A DNA stretch of 64,000 nt. Source: Phoronis australis (Eukaryota; Animalia; Phoronida). Both the position numbers and the translations under genes were made by a program. Location: the NCBI GenBank assembly GCA_002633005.1, contig NMRA01000030.1:319980-383979 (forward strand), in the 5' to 3' direction. Shown here one piece after another: positions 1-14,500 of the stretch; positions within the stretch are counted from its first letter, which is position 1; every line of letters begins with the position of its first letter. Under the pieces are notes generated by a model. It did no database searches, was not told the origin of the DNA, and worked only from the letters and a program-made list of their open reading frames with translations.

Positions 1-3000
1 TGGGTGAGTTCTTAGTTTTCTTGGAATCATACTAGGATATACCCGATCAAGTAGACTACTGCGTTTCAAGTCATACACTATAGGCACCTGACGTTTCAAA
101 TTGGAAGCTCGCGCCGAATGACGTCGTATGACGTAGCAATGCGAGCCTCATTTGCATATGTTAGTGACATCTGTTGGTTCAAAAAAGAGGCTCATGCCCG
201 AGTACATGCCTGGGAAGAAGCATCTTTTGGAAGGGTAAACATGTCACGTTCAAAGCATCCCAGTGCCAGTAATATGCAGTCTTTGAGGACCAAAGTGGTG
301 TCATTTTATAGCTAAAGAGTTAATCTTTCAAAAATAATGCTTGGATTCCAGATAACTTGAATATTTACTTTTGAAATCACGTTTGAAATAACGTTAAAAT
401 GCTCTAAAACAGTTGTCCCTTCCTGGTTATCTCTTCCTGGTATTATCTATCTGGTCTAAAAATCTTATGATTCTCTCTATCCTTAGGACCCTGGTTTATC
501 GGGGAGGTCATTCAAGGTCATGTAGGCTATGTGTATGTTTACGGTGTCTACATCCATTCTGGTTACATTCCTGGCAGTCTTACATTCCTCTATGGAGTTT
601 TTCAAGTAAGCAGTTTCTATTTATTTTTCACAAAAACAATTGCCAAAACTAACATTGTATGCACCCACATATTTATGTATGTGCATTAGGCTGTCCGTCT
701 GCCCGTCATCCGCTGCTGTATCTCCAAAACCCCATGATGGATGTTTGTGAAATTTTGCAGACATGCTTCTAACTAGCCAGCCAACTAGCTATATGAAGAC
801 TATTGTCAAAATACAGCTAGGTACCACTGTGTGTTTTTCTTCCATTGATCCCGACATTGCACACAGCCAGGGTAGTTCTGCTCGTCACCTCGCCGTGAGA
901 CCTGTATCAACATGTAGAGCTAAAGACCGGATGGGGTGCATGCAAAATCTGGTAATCGAACGACACTCACCTTGCCAGTTACAGCCGTTTAAGTGGAAAG
1001 CAATCTAATAAACGTCATTTTCTTGCGTAATCCTCCACCTTTGCTAACAAAAAAATTATGTTGTCGTTTTGAAAACACTACGCTCGTAACATGCGCACGC
1101 GCCATTTCCAAAGTTTTTGCAACATCTCTCGGGAGATGATGATAGCTTGGCAGCAGCAAAATTTCTTCTGAAATTTGGTTTTTCAGTATCAAATTTCTAA
1201 AAACTTGTACCTAAATGAAACCAGTTCCGATAATTTGTTGTGATATCTACGCAACTTCGTGAAAGAAGAACAGTTGATTAAAGAATCAGCGAAAAAAGAA
1301 ACTGGCCTATAGGTGACGCAATATTTCATGACGCCGACACAGAAGATCGCTCCACAACTTTAGCAGCAAAATAACGGTAGAATGCCATTTTTTCCAACAT
1401 CGTTAAATAATTTAGTTTCTGTCAGATTTATCTTACCACTTTTTTACCCACATCAGCGCAAAGCTGTATATTTAGTATACAGCTTTGTACCAAGGCTAGC
1501 TTCTGTCGTGGAGGGGATAACGTGACCACATTTTTGGACGCATCCGACCACCAGTGTGCTCCCTTTTGCCACTTTTATTTTTTACTTTTGTGTTTTTTCT
1601 GAACTAGGTGTGACATGCACGCCTTCTGTAGGTGTATCTATTAAGGTGACAATGCTGCCTTGTCATTTCCGCATGTATTCGACATGTTCTGCATCACTTA
1701 GTGGCCATTTTTATTTGCCCACATATTTATATGTGGACGCATTATGCCGTCATCTCTGTCCGTCCGGGCGGCGTCCGTCCATCCGGCATCCGCTGCTCTA
1801 TCTCCAAAACCGGTTGACGTATGTTCATGAAATTTTGCACATGTGTTCTTTTCATGGATGGGACGGCATGAGCGAAGTTTTGGACGAATCTGATTACTGG
1901 TGTGCCCCCTAGTGGCAATTTTAGTTTTTTACTTTTACCTCTGTATCTTCAAAGGTCCTCAACATATTTTCACAAAATTTGGTATATAGGCATCTATTAG
2001 TGAGACGACGATATCCTTCTGTTTTTGGATGGATTCGACGTTCTTTGCTCCACCTAGTGGCCATTTTTACTGTTTTCGAGACTGTTTTTTTAGCGTCCAC
2101 CCCTCTATCAACCAAACCGCTCTAGGGCTGATTGTGAAAATTGACATTTATGTTACTATGAAGAGGACGCTTGGCGATGATTTTTCGACGACTGTGGCGC
2201 CTCCTAGTGGCTATATCTCCTAAACCATTTGCAGGATCTTTGCTAAATTTAGTAAGTGCATTTATATGACGATGACAATGGACGACGACGACTTTCGAAC
2301 AGATCTGACTGCTGGTGTGCCACCTAGTGGCATTTTTATTTTTTTACGTTTACCTCTGTATCTTCAAAGGTCCTCAACCTATTTTCATAAAATTTGGTGT
2401 ACTGGCTTCTGTTAGTGAGGTTACGCTATCTTTCTGTTTTCAGATGGATTAGATATAGTTTGCGCCACCTAGTGGCCATATTTACTGTTTTTGTTCTATT
2501 AGACAAATGACTTAAGGATCATTATGAAAATTGGTGTACATTTTCCTTCTAAGAAGAGCACAGCTGACGATTATTTTCAAATGGCTCTGATTTCTAGTCC
2601 GTTGATGCATCTCCTAAATTTCTTGCAGGATCTTAAATTTTACTTGTGTATTCCTAGGAACATAACATCATGGCATATAGGTTTCTATTTGAGTGACGAT
2701 AATATCTTCCCAGTGTTGAATTAATTTGACATATTTTATGCTACCTAGTGACCATTTTTATTATTTTTGAGTCCTGATTTTGGTGCCTGCCTCTCTATCG
2801 GTCAAATCATATCCGCAACTCAAGAAAACGCTTCAGAGTTTATTGGGGTTGACCAGCCTTAAAACTGTAAATTCAAAAATGGTAATGCATTGCATGTGAC
2901 TTCACTTGCAAGCTCATTTGGCAAAATTCAAGATCCTATCAATGAGTGTGGAAATGTTTTTAAACTTCAAAGTGTTTAGAACAAGAATTCAAGATTGACT

Positions 3001-3442
3001 GCTAAACAAAGGAAATAATTCCCCTTTAACTATTAGGACATGACAAATATTCAAAATGTTCAAACCAAAGACGAACTTTATAACAGATTGTAACAACCAA
3101 GTTGTGCATCTTAATTTTTGCTGATCCCATATTTTTCAATTTCAGGTGGTGATGATCAACATTCCATTTACCATATACATAGGCCATTGTCAACGGCTAG
3201 TCTATCACAGGCAACAGTTCAAGAAAGATTTCGACTCTTCAGTACTTCAGTACCTTGTCAACCACTGGCCGTTCTACCTCATCCTGGCAGTACAAGCCTA
3301 CCTTGCCTACACAGGCTTCTATATGGCCTATGGGAGTATGGCCTTTTTCCTAAGTCCTATGAGGACCTGGTCCATAGTCTTATTTATTGTTATTCGGAGG
3401 TGGGCACTTCAAGCCAGCTCATCACTGAGTAAGTCTAGTTAA
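1..3442 (+). CDS. TMEM62: Transmembrane protein 62, 3' end (tail of one exon plus the last two coding exons; gene starts upstream of the window)
   Basis: Donor G|gtgagt at 3/4 (phase 1). Exon 487-605 (ttag|..CAA|gtaag) encodes GPWFIGEVIQGHVGYVYVYGVYIHSGYIPGSLTFLYGVFQ. Terminal exon 3146-3442 encodes VVMINIPFTIY...YGSMAFFLSPMRTWSIVLFIV...*. Phases join. The peptide matches the recalled TMEM62 C-terminus (GPWFxGE..G, GS.TF..G..Q, NIPL, YG..AF..SP.RTW). Confidence 0.88.
657..870 (+). mobile_element. Degenerate 5' fragment of the Helentron/DINE-like repeat family also at 1708-2810
   Basis: cccacatatttatgtatgtgcatt...gtccgtctgcccgtcatccgctgctgtatctccaaaac closely resembles 1718-1810. Confidence 0.6.
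1708..2810 (+). mobile_element. Non-autonomous Helentron/DINE-1-like element with an internal tandem array
   Basis: 5' short palindrome cccacatatttatatgtgg, then a (CCGT/GTCC)n tract, then about 120-150 bp diverged units each containing ccacctagtggccattttt. Related copies lie at 23230-23530 (-), 30804-31125 (-) and 54240-55300 (+). Confidence 0.65.
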
Positions 3443-3570
3443 TGCGAGATTGAGAGTAGAAAAGGGAGATTTTGTGGCTTTAAGGCAGTCTATGCTGTGC
3501 TGGGAACTTTTATATTGATTGTAGATGCATGAATTTCTCTTAATTGGTGTACTTTTTATGTATAATTTGT

Positions 3571-3576
3571 AATAAA
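3571..3576 (+). promoter_or_regulatory. Candidate polyadenylation signal of TMEM62
   Basis: AATAAA about 130 nt after the stop codon, followed closely by ATTAAA. Confidence 0.5.
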
Positions 3577-3627
3577 TCAGATTAAATACATTTCACCAAT
3601 TTGATGGCTAGTCATGTCATTATGTAA

Positions 3628-4192
3628 GGACTGTTCCAGTAAAATCTGTATGGGAGGGGGGGGAAGGCACCTTTTTTTCGCACCCACCACCCATATTTTT
3701 CATTTATTTCTTCAGCCTACCACCCGTAATTTTTTATAAGTTTGAAATGCAACCACCCATAGTTTTTTTTGTTCTTGTGGTTGACTGCACAGGCGCCTGA
3801 GTTTATCTGTTCCTCCATCACCACTAACGTCATTCATTACTAAGAAAACATATGTTTCTTATACATGGTTATTAGCCATCGAGAAATTCTAGCACCTGTG
3901 GTTAAATGGTGTTATGGGCATGCCGATGAGGAGATCGGAGTGAAAAAGTCGGAGCTTTTTGCAAGTTGCATTTTTGTTTCAGTTTTTGATTCTGTGCAGA
4001 TTGTTTATAAAATTTACTAAAATTACCCACCATCAAACATTTATGGCCCAATGAAACAACAACAACCTGTAAATTTTTATTTTTTTGAAGTACGACCACC
4101 AGCCATTTTGAATTTAAATCAAACGCAACCACCCATAAATTTTTGTTTCAGTTGCCCTCCCCCCTCCCACACAGATTTTGCTGGAACAGCCC
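3628..4192. mobile_element. MITE, PIF/Harbinger-like (565 bp)
   Basis: About 40 bp terminal inverted repeats (GGACTGTTCCAGTAAAATCTGTATGGGAGGGGG / CCCCCTCCCACACAGATTTTGCTGGAACAGCCC) flanked by a TAA duplication at 3625-3627 and 4193-4195; no ORF. Confidence 0.8.
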
Positions 4193-5590
4193 TAAGAAAA
4201 ATAGGTGACCAACTAGCGACATTATTCCTAGATAAAGGATCAGTCTCTCTTGTGTGTACCAAAACTGCTACAATGAAGACACATTTGTATTGACCATCAA
4301 TCACCTGCTGATTACACAGACCTGCGACACATCATACAATTACCACTCTACTTAGTTGTTTAGGAATGATGTCATAGAACGTGGGTCACATGTCTGTTTG
4401 GGAATGATGTCATAGGACACAGGTCACATGTCTGTGTAAGAAGCAGGATCACTTCTCAGCTGTTGTATTACTTGTCTGGAGAGGTGCGTATCACTAGTGC
4501 AATATTAGCATATCTGTTACCACGATTAACATTTTTTATGTTCTTATATCTGTTTGCTTAAAGCTCTTTATATTTGTTAATGTTTGATTGTTACAAAAAC
4601 AAACGTCAGTATTGTTTCTCTGCTTCCACTCCAAACACCTTTTTTTCATTCTTATTCAAGGGCAATTGGGCAGATCACACAAAATTTCTAAACCATCTTT
4701 GAAATTATTAGGTCACTTCATGTTTTGTTTTAGTACAGAGTATTAGCATTCTCAATTACACACCTTTGAAATGCAATTCTTATTAGCTTCAAAAGGAAGA
4801 TTTTCCATCATCAAGTTTTATTCTATTTTGATGTTTGTGATTTCAACTTGATCTAATTATTAAGAAAGAGTTTCGTGTTAGTCACTGCATGTAAACATTA
4901 CAGGCTGCTCACAGTGCTTTTCTCAAAGCATAAAGCAATGTATGCGTTATTGTGTCAAAGGCTTTTGTTAAATCAAACATAATTGTGATTCATTCAATAA
5001 AAAGCAATATAGAAGATACATACAGTCAAGGCACTTCTTTACAACGATACACATTTTAAAAATATGTTGTTTCTGCACTTGCACACAAATATTCGAGTTG
5101 TGTCTAGATGGCGACTTGCGCCAGCGCAAGTTGCATTAGGACCGAAGATATCGGTTTGCGTCAGTGTGGACACAAGTTAAACTGGCCAAACTTGACACTT
5201 GTGTGAAAATCTAACCCACCTCTTCCAGGTAGTGCAGGTGACACCTGCAGTGTTGTTATTGACAGAAACAGTGTTAAGGCAACAATAATTATCATTTATG
5301 CAGTTTAGCTCACACTGCCATTTTAGTCTCACGATACAAGTGACAAGTGGCATTCTTATCATTTGTGGCTTTACATTGGTCTCGGGGGTTTGCTGTCTGG
5401 ACTCTCTGCAGGCTGGGGACAAGTTGTCCCTGAGGCTGAACTACACTTGGGCAACTGATGGACAAGTCTAAATGCAATTGTTACTCTCCAGGAGTCTATG
5501 TAAGCAATAACTCTGAAAGTTACTGAGCACCATAAATCGCACCAGACAGTCTGCAAAAGAGATGTTTCCTGAGGCGCATAGACAGACACA

Positions 5591-8500
5591 TCAGTCGTAA
5601 CGAGTTTTCTGGTCACCCAGTATAGGTGTACGTTCATTGTCACTATTGCTTGCCTGTATACTTCTATCTCCACTGTTTTCTGTGTCCACTGCGTGTAACT
5701 CTTGATCTGATGATTTAAAGCACGGCAGCCACGACACATCAACAAGTTCATTATACAGCGCTGTTCCAATCAACAGGAACAAAAACCCATCGATTTGCAA
5801 AAGTCCATATGTTGTGCTGAACTCTTCACCAAAGTCCTATCAACATAAACGTTACAATTTGTCAACTGCAGATTTCGCTAAAAACGATTCGACATTGATT
5901 GGTAGATAACTTCTTTCTTCATTTCTCATAATTGTCTAAAAAATACTTGTGTGTGGATCGCTCTCCAAGCGACATCGTTAAAAGAACAAACAATAGAGAA
6001 ATTGTTTTAAAAAATTATATTAGACCGCAGTGTTTCGAATGTGCACTACAGGTCATGATATAGCAAACCATGCACAACCTAGCAATGGGATTGAATGGCT
6101 ATCTAGCATACTACAAACTCAGGTGGTCGAGTTGTGTCGGTAATAACTCATCTAAAGTATTAGTTGGATCATGAACGAGTTGCAAAAAACTGAATAAAAT
6201 CAATTCCAGAATTGTAAATGATCAAATTCTAATGAAATGTGCAAAGTGTGCAAAACCTTGACAAAAATTGTTACACTTTTATTTCACACATCACTAAAAA
6301 AAACTCTAAAGTCAACTTGGTTTAACTAACCTGGGAAATTGTGTTCAATATGGTTGCGTATTTGAAGGACCACACACATAAGTGATGAATGTACTGTCAT
6401 TGTCCAATTTGAGCAAAGATGTGACAGTGTTATGCACATTGTTCGATTTATCTAGGACTTTAGTGACAGGTCTGTCATTTAGGCAAATATCTGCAAAACT
6501 ACAGATTGTAACTCATATTCTCTGAAAGTAGAAAACCTGTGGAATTTAATTTTTGATTTTTTACCAATCTCCTATTAATTGGGTCTCGTGACCGTGTCTT
6601 TTTAGCAAAATTTGGTTAAAAGAATGTACAAGAATACCAAAACAATGGATAACATGTCTTTGATTAAATGATCAAATTTTATTCAACATAAATGCTCCAC
6701 GTGAGATCTCGAAATCACTGTTAAGTTTCCTAAAGTACTTTGTTTTAGTTTTATGAAATATATGAATTTGTTCATGAAAATCCTATTTTTATAGCCCCTC
6801 GTGCAAATGGCAAACATTTTAAAAACAATTTCTAAAATCCTTTTGGAAAACAGCACATAAAGAGTAGTATCTAAAGTTTCACATAATCCAATCGGTCATT
6901 TCTGATATATAATGTTCCAAAGTTATCCAAATTTGAACATTTTTCAAGGTTGCAACATAATCTTGAGCAAAGATCTGTCTTGTGCACGTTTTACCACAAT
7001 TACTGAACTTTAAATTTATGTAGGGCCCCAGAAAAATGTCCACATTTGGCTAAATTCGGAACATCATTTCTCAGAACAGCTAATTTAATTCACAAGAAAC
7101 TTTAAAATAACATGCTTTATACCTGTTCACCAATAGGCCGTTTTTTGAGCTTTCATGTTGAATATTGAATACAAATTCAAAATTTAATCATGTTACTGAA
7201 TGTGTTGCTTTGTAATGAATGTACTTCAGATTCTCTTTTTGCTAAATTTTCCTAAAAAAGCAAGGTCACGTGACTTAATTAGTGGCAGATTGGTATAAAG
7301 TCAAAAATCAATTTCTACTTTCAGAAATTTTTTACGTTGTTTTGTAACGATTTGGCTAACTATGCAGACCTGTCAATAACCAGCATACCTTGTCAAATGC
7401 ATAATATATGAGAAGGTCTACCACCCAGACAAGTATTGTCCGACAAGCATCTATTAATGTCCTGTGTACAGCTGAAACAAAACGAGGACAAGAAATCAAC
7501 TTTTCAAACAATGCAAGACCTTTTGTACAGTATTCAAAGTGTAGTGACAACCACTAGATGTCACTAGTTATTACTGAGTGCTTTTAGTTGTCAATGGTCA
7601 CATTTTAGCCTGCGGCATACATCTGAAGAGAAATTTATAAATAACAAAATGACAATTTTTATCAAAGATTTGTCAAAGTTAGTCATAAAATACAAAAATC
7701 TAAGGTAAAAATTCTGTTATTTTCGTAAAAAATAATTAACAAAAAAATGTCATTTCTCTGTTTCAAAGGTTGGCTACGTTGCAGTAAACAATGTTGTTTT
7801 ATGCTGCAATGCTGAACCATGTTGAAAATGAAGTTATTTTTGTTTCAAAAGTAAAAAAAGTGAAATTCCACTTTACTGTCATCTTACCAGTGAGAGATCT
7901 CGTCACTGCCAGGCCAAAATAATTGTAAAATGCTATAGACAGAAGGTAGAGGACACAGAAAATAGCCAGTCTTGGACTGTTGCCTATTTGGTACAGGGCG
8001 TCAAGACTGTTCTCATAGCTGTTACCAACTTGAGGTCCAGGTATAAAGTACATGGCTGGCAGAACGGCCTGTGGAAGTTTAAAGATTAGATGAGAACAGA
8101 ACAGGATTAAGACAAACTGTAAGTTGATGGGGCCTGTACGACTAGTAGAAAGGTGTCGTATTTATTTCACCAAGTTTTATTTATTGTGCTCCCTTCGTCA
8201 TTTCCTACATCGTATTGATTAGATGTTATCGGACAAGAATGGTACCATTATTCAAAAACAAAAAATACTGGAAAGTGCTGTAAGTGTGCACGGTGGACTT
8301 AGTTGACATGTGACAAGTGAAAAGACCAAACAATCTCGCAAGTCTCACTGTGAACATGCACACACTCAGGTTATATCTCTGTCCATCTACAACAGGTTAT
8401 AGCGGTGTATGGTTGGTCCATGGTCATGCATCAAACTTACGGCGGCCATAATAACGAAGCCAAATGAGCCCTCCATTCCAACAACTTGAAGTGGATGAAA

Positions 8501-11500
8501 GTTCCTTTTCTTCAGAAAAGTTTCTTCAACGATCATTTGAGTTGCACTCACCAACTGGCTCAGTAGAATCAACAGTACACCTGGTAAATAATGCAGACAG
8601 TTGTACACAGTGGAGAAAACTTTCAGTGCTCAAATGACCTGTGCCTGAGACTACCAAATTTCACACAATGTGATTGGTCAGTTTTTGAGAACAGGCAATG
8701 GTGGTGTCTGAGGTTGAGGCGCAATCACACCGGCTAGAAACTGTACTCAACATGATTCAAAAACAAGCCTGGCATAAGAATGAGTAACGCCAGTGCAGAG
8801 ATGACTTAGGAGACTGTGATGAGTCTTCAAGTTCACACTGCCTGAATATTAATGGGAACAACAAATGAAATATGGTGTTAGGAGTTCCTCCGTATATCAT
8901 TATTGGATATTACAGTTATTACACGACTGTATGTCATTGCATATGTATGATGATAATTAAATAACTGGGTTAGTTATATATACACACAGCACAGTTTATA
9001 GAGGTAAATGATAAAAAACAATGCTATTTTTGTGATAAGACAGGTTCATAGCAAGTTTAAAAGTTACCAAGAATCGCCTTTGAATCTTGTTTGCCCAACG
9101 TTGAATCTTGCAGAACACTAGAGAGTCCTACCAAGATTAAACCAATCACAACAACAAACATTCCTGTCCAGTGGATGCAGCGCAGCTTTCTCTTCAGAAA
9201 AATTTTCTACAAAATGGTTGGTCAACAGAAAATTTTCATACAACAGTGAAAGATATGAATCACAAAATTAACCTAATTTTTTTAAAGATACCTCATAAGA
9301 TAGTAAACAGCACTTGTCCGACTGAAAACTTCAAATATCTTGGAAAAAATCAAAAGACTAATCCAAATTTAACTACTTCATTTGCAACAGCAGAAAAATG
9401 TATTGTGTCATAGACCTAGTTTCATTAGACAAGAGACATCTGAGCATGAGTCAGATTAAGGCAAAGGACAACACATCACAGTTTTAGGGATAATTGTCCA
9501 GCTGACATTTCTTGGATAACACACTAAATAGTTGGGTACCAAAACTTACCATTAGAATGACCAATGTCAATTGTTATTATCAAATAGCCATCACTAAGGC
9601 AACAGTGGACACTAGTGGGATGCATTCTGGACAAATGCACAACACTGAGGGTAAATGCCAGAGAATGGTGTTGTGGTGTTTTGTGACAATTCTATTGAAT
9701 GACCATCAAACCCTCAAAGAGAACAGTGAACTTCACATACTCACGGACAAAATTCCAGCAAAAATTATAATGGATCCTCTAAGCATTTGCCATATAGATG
9801 CATTGACATATAACAGGCCAATACCTGGAACAATCGAAAACTGATTGATTAATCCAACAATACTGAACGAGGAATAGCAGGTTGCCATACAAAATGGTGC
9901 AATGTAGATTTCTATAGATGCTAAGAATAAATTTGAATCTCTGTCCAGTGTTTAGGTGTGCAACAAGGCTAATTTAAAATATGGCTGACAACAACATTGC
10001 TTTTGACCAGCATAACAACCGGTGGATGTGAAATCATTCAGTTCAGTCTACAGAGGAAACAATTTGTCTGCAATACTTTCCAAGCCTGGAAATCACCCAT
10101 TTCTGAACCTAAGCAAACAAAATAAAAATATAAATTTAGTACTTTGATATCAAAAGAAAACAGCAGATGGACTGGGGACTTTTTAATTTTTAAAAACCCA
10201 TAATTTTTTTTAATCATTTGAATGTGAGTGAATGTCTCTAAGACACAAGAAAATAGACTCAGAGCAGGTTTCATTGCACCATACTACTATTTACAAAATG
10301 AACCAATGTCTCAATGTTTTGTTCAATAACCCCACAACACACACTTAAAATATATCAGTAAAAATGAATGATAAATAAGTAATAACATAAAGAAGCCGAT
10401 TAACTGAAAGTTATTCAATTGACTGCACTGCTTAACAAAACTTTGTCAAAGGTATGAACTAATTAAACGAATATTTTAATGAAGTTTTGAAATTTTATTG
10501 TTGCAAGTTCACGTCAAGCTGTACCAGTCCCATCACAAGCATATTATTACAGTCATCTTAACCAGTTATAAGGTTTTTTCTCTATATCTTTCACAAAAAA
10601 TACTCAATTTTTCCATTTTAAAACCTCATGATATACGAAGCTAAAAATGCCCAGACTGTAACTTAGTGCTGCTTCGTGGAGTAACACTTCAATCTTCCTT
10701 TTTCACTTTCTCTGAGAAATAAAAGTTTGCTGTTTTGTCATCTTGTTTTATACTGACTATAAGCTTGAGTGTAAACATCCCTAAAACATGTAGAGTTAAA
10801 TGAATATGGCAAAGCTTACCATAAAAATGCCTAAAACATATAGAGATATGTATAGAGTAAACCTTACTGTAAACAATGCAAAAAAACATGTAGAGATATG
10901 TATAGGGTAAAGTTTACTGTAAACATGCATAAAACATGTAAAGTTGTATGAATAGGGAAGTGTTTCAGATTATTTTTAATTTTTACTAGTGTTAACCTTT
11001 ACCTCACCTGCCACAGAAGTGCCAATCAAATCACAGACAGTTGGCACAGCGAATATAAAAGAGAAGATACGGGATTGTTGGGGTGGCTCCGCAGGGAATG
11101 AGGGGCTTGCCTTAACTCTCTCCAGGTATTCCTGCCTCAAGGCCTTACGCTCGCGACGTCTATGGATGCACAAGCCAATCAGACACAAGGACTCACCTGA
11201 AAAATATTGGAATTTCTGTATGATAATGACCAGTACAAATGATAAATACAGCATAGCGTTTCATTAAAAATGTAAGAATATCAAATAAATACATTATTGT
11301 TAACAGATACCACTGATCATTTTCAGACATTATGTGTGCAAAAAATCGTGAAGGCATTCGCATAATTTCAGTTTAACACGGTCCTCATTTTTGAGATTCT
11401 CAAATATAGCATTCTGAACAACAATCCCCATGGATAAGGCAACAGATTTTTTAAAAAACTATCTCCTGTAATTGGTACAACCCTTTTAAGAGATCTTTAT

Positions 11501-14500
11501 ATTTTTTGCAGAACATACAATAACCTGAAAAATACCTTATGTCTGAGGATGATCATTGATAATCTTGCTGAGTATGGTAAACCTTTGATGTATAGAAATG
11601 TTGAAAAAATTTTTTAGAATGCAAACCAAAAAGCATCGTTGATTCTGGCTTCATTTTTGTGAAAATCAAGTTTATGGTGAGGCATTTTACAAATAAAAAA
11701 CCCACTTGAGACAAGCAAAAATGATGCGATATTTGTTGTTTTACTCATTCCTAAGCAAATCATGACCTTTCAAACCTTGCTTACCCTTACCTAGGAGTCT
11801 GTGCAGCTTTTCAAAATAGCACAAATTAATGTAGGCAGGCATTTTCTAAGTCTGTGAACTCAGCTCTCGAAACAATCGGGCTACAGCCCACACCCACCCT
11901 GCCTTTTGGCCTTACCTGGACACAGTGGTCAGTATGTATGGCTAGATACAGTCTTAGATCAAGTTGGTAATAATGGTCAGTATAATGTATGGCTAGATAC
12001 AGCGTTAGATCAAGTTGGTAAGAATGATCAGTATGTATGGCTAGATACAGTGTTAGAACAAGTTGGTAAGAATGATTAGTATGTATGGCTAGATACAGTG
12101 TTTTTGGTTTTCAAGAAATGACAACAAAACCTCAGAGTATGTCATGAGTATTGATGTGGATGTGATCAATAGGCCAGTGGCTGAATAATTCCTGAATTAA
12201 GCTTCTTGAAAGAATCCTCAGCAATAAACTCAGGCTGCATGGAAATTTTTAGCTGTCCCATTGTATCACCCTAATTTTTTTTCCACAATGGGGCATGCAT
12301 ATAAGTTCTTACGTTGTCACTTAATGAAAACTATTATTCGAAATGGTGTTTTCCATCACTTAGGATCATCCCCAAAATTGTCTCAATTTATTCTGTCCTG
12401 AAAACATTATCAAAAATTGCCCAACTTTTTAAGTGGTGAACTGATTGAGTGAGGCATTAACATAACTTCCTTCCAACTCCTACTCTGAATGGTAATAATG
12501 AAGAAATATATCTGTCAATACCCATGAACATTATGATTGTCTGGAACCATGGATGGTCAAACTCGTGCGGTGGTAGTGGCACCTCTGTGCCGTTAGAAGT
12601 GAAGTTAGGGTAACCTGGAACTCTGAAAGAACACAAAAATACACTCATTGTAAAATACAAATGCATAACATAGTCTCTAAGGAGACGAGGAAGTGTGGCA
12701 TAGTAGTATAAGTGTCCGCTCTTTACTCAAAGCTTTGAGTTCGAGTCCATCTGGGGCACACTGCGAGTCAGGTCTCTAACACCTCAGCTCATATGACCAA
12801 GCAGAACATGTCTGGTACAACCACCTGCAATTATTGTTTTATACCCTTTCAGCTGATGGGCATTTATTTGGTATAAATCTTAAAGATGGGTTCAGATCGA
12901 GGAATAGCAGTATAAATATGCACCCTGTAATTACAAATCAAAAATGGATATTAAATTTCTTATTAATGTCTCGTTTAAAGTTAAGAACCTATGCTTTGAT
13001 GAAGAATGTCTTTGAAGTTGAGCCTTACGTGCATTGAGACTTAACTCTGCCTAGTAGGTCAATTCTTGCTCAAATTAGAACCGGAACCCTACAGCTATTG
13101 GTTGAGGTTGGGTGTTTTTGATCTCTAGATTTTGATGACAGAATTTGCTGTCTTTGTCACACTGGTCAGGTCAAAACTGAACTACATTTTCTGTTTGAGT
13201 GTCCGTTTTTCTTAGATGCCAGAAACACCTTTTACTGTCAAGTTGAGATTAAATATCCACGATTCCGAGCAGAAAGCTGTGAAAGTAAATTAATTACAAT
13301 CATGCAAAAAGATGTTATTAGAAAAACTTCAGTTTTCGTCAAAAATATTTTTGAAGTAAGGATTATTATATTTATTTATGATCACTTTTATCTCGGCCTT
13401 CTCTTTCTGGTCCTCTTGCAATGCGTGTACACTTGTCTTTTCTATTTTGTATCATGTATCTAAAGTGACTTATAAGCCCCATGGAGGGCTGGGTGTTCCT
13501 AGTCTTTGTAACATATTCATTGTTTAAATTCATTTGAACACATGTCACAAAAATAAAAAATTACTTCCTTACTTACTTACTGTAGAAAGGTGAGCATAAA
13601 CCACTGGCAGTAAATTGGAAAAAACTTACGGAAGCTTCAATTTGGCGGCGCCATCAGTTTGGCTCGCAAAATTGAAGTGCACCAAACCAGTTTAGGCTAC
13701 CGGATTGTTCTAAAACCCACTCGACCCCCACACCCCACAACCCCTCGACCTATAACCCTTTTGACCCATGACCTATGATCCCCTCGACCCATGACCTGTA
13801 GCAATAGCATATCTTTGTGCTTTTTACACATTTCATTACGTCGCTGAATGACTTTTCCATAAGACTTACCTACACACGAATCTGCTCTGGCTCAAGTATG
13901 GTGGTTAAGAGCAGAAAGTTGCATAAGAACATGATTTGATATATAGCATATTGTGGGCGTGCTATCGTCACGTAGAATTATGTAGATAGTTCCACAAGCG
14001 GCTACCAATGTGCCTGTTCTACAAAACTTAGGGACAGAGTACAGTTAACACAAATGGACATAATTTCACATTTTTCTCATTTTGTTTTCTGTTGTTTATT
14101 CGTTTACAATATACTCCACGTAAGGTTGAAATACTTTTTAGTTAACAGTAATTTGTTTTTTCAAACTGTATTTACCGAAGAAATTGCATATTCGATGGTT
14201 CCCCGCGCACTCTCCAAGAAAAAGCTTGAACCTACCATTCACTGAACGACATTTGTAACATTGGTAGGTCTATGACTTGGTTGCATTCAAACTTGCAGAA
14301 TCTACTCTCTTAATTGCAACACAAAAAAAAAAACAGGGAAAAGCCAGCCACACTCACTGCCCGTCTCGTTGCTCCTACAAGTCAACGCTTCTTCTATGAC
14401 TATGTTCATATCACTTCAAGTTTGTGTAGACTGGGACGAGGGGGTTGCCGGCCATGGGTCGAGGGGTTATGGGGGTTGAGGGGGTTTTAGAATTCCTGGG

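Noticed and set aside
12689-12760. Possible tRNA gene
   Set aside because: A- and B-box-like motifs are present, but there is no convincing cloverleaf or acceptor stem and the sequence continues into a repeat body; called a SINE head
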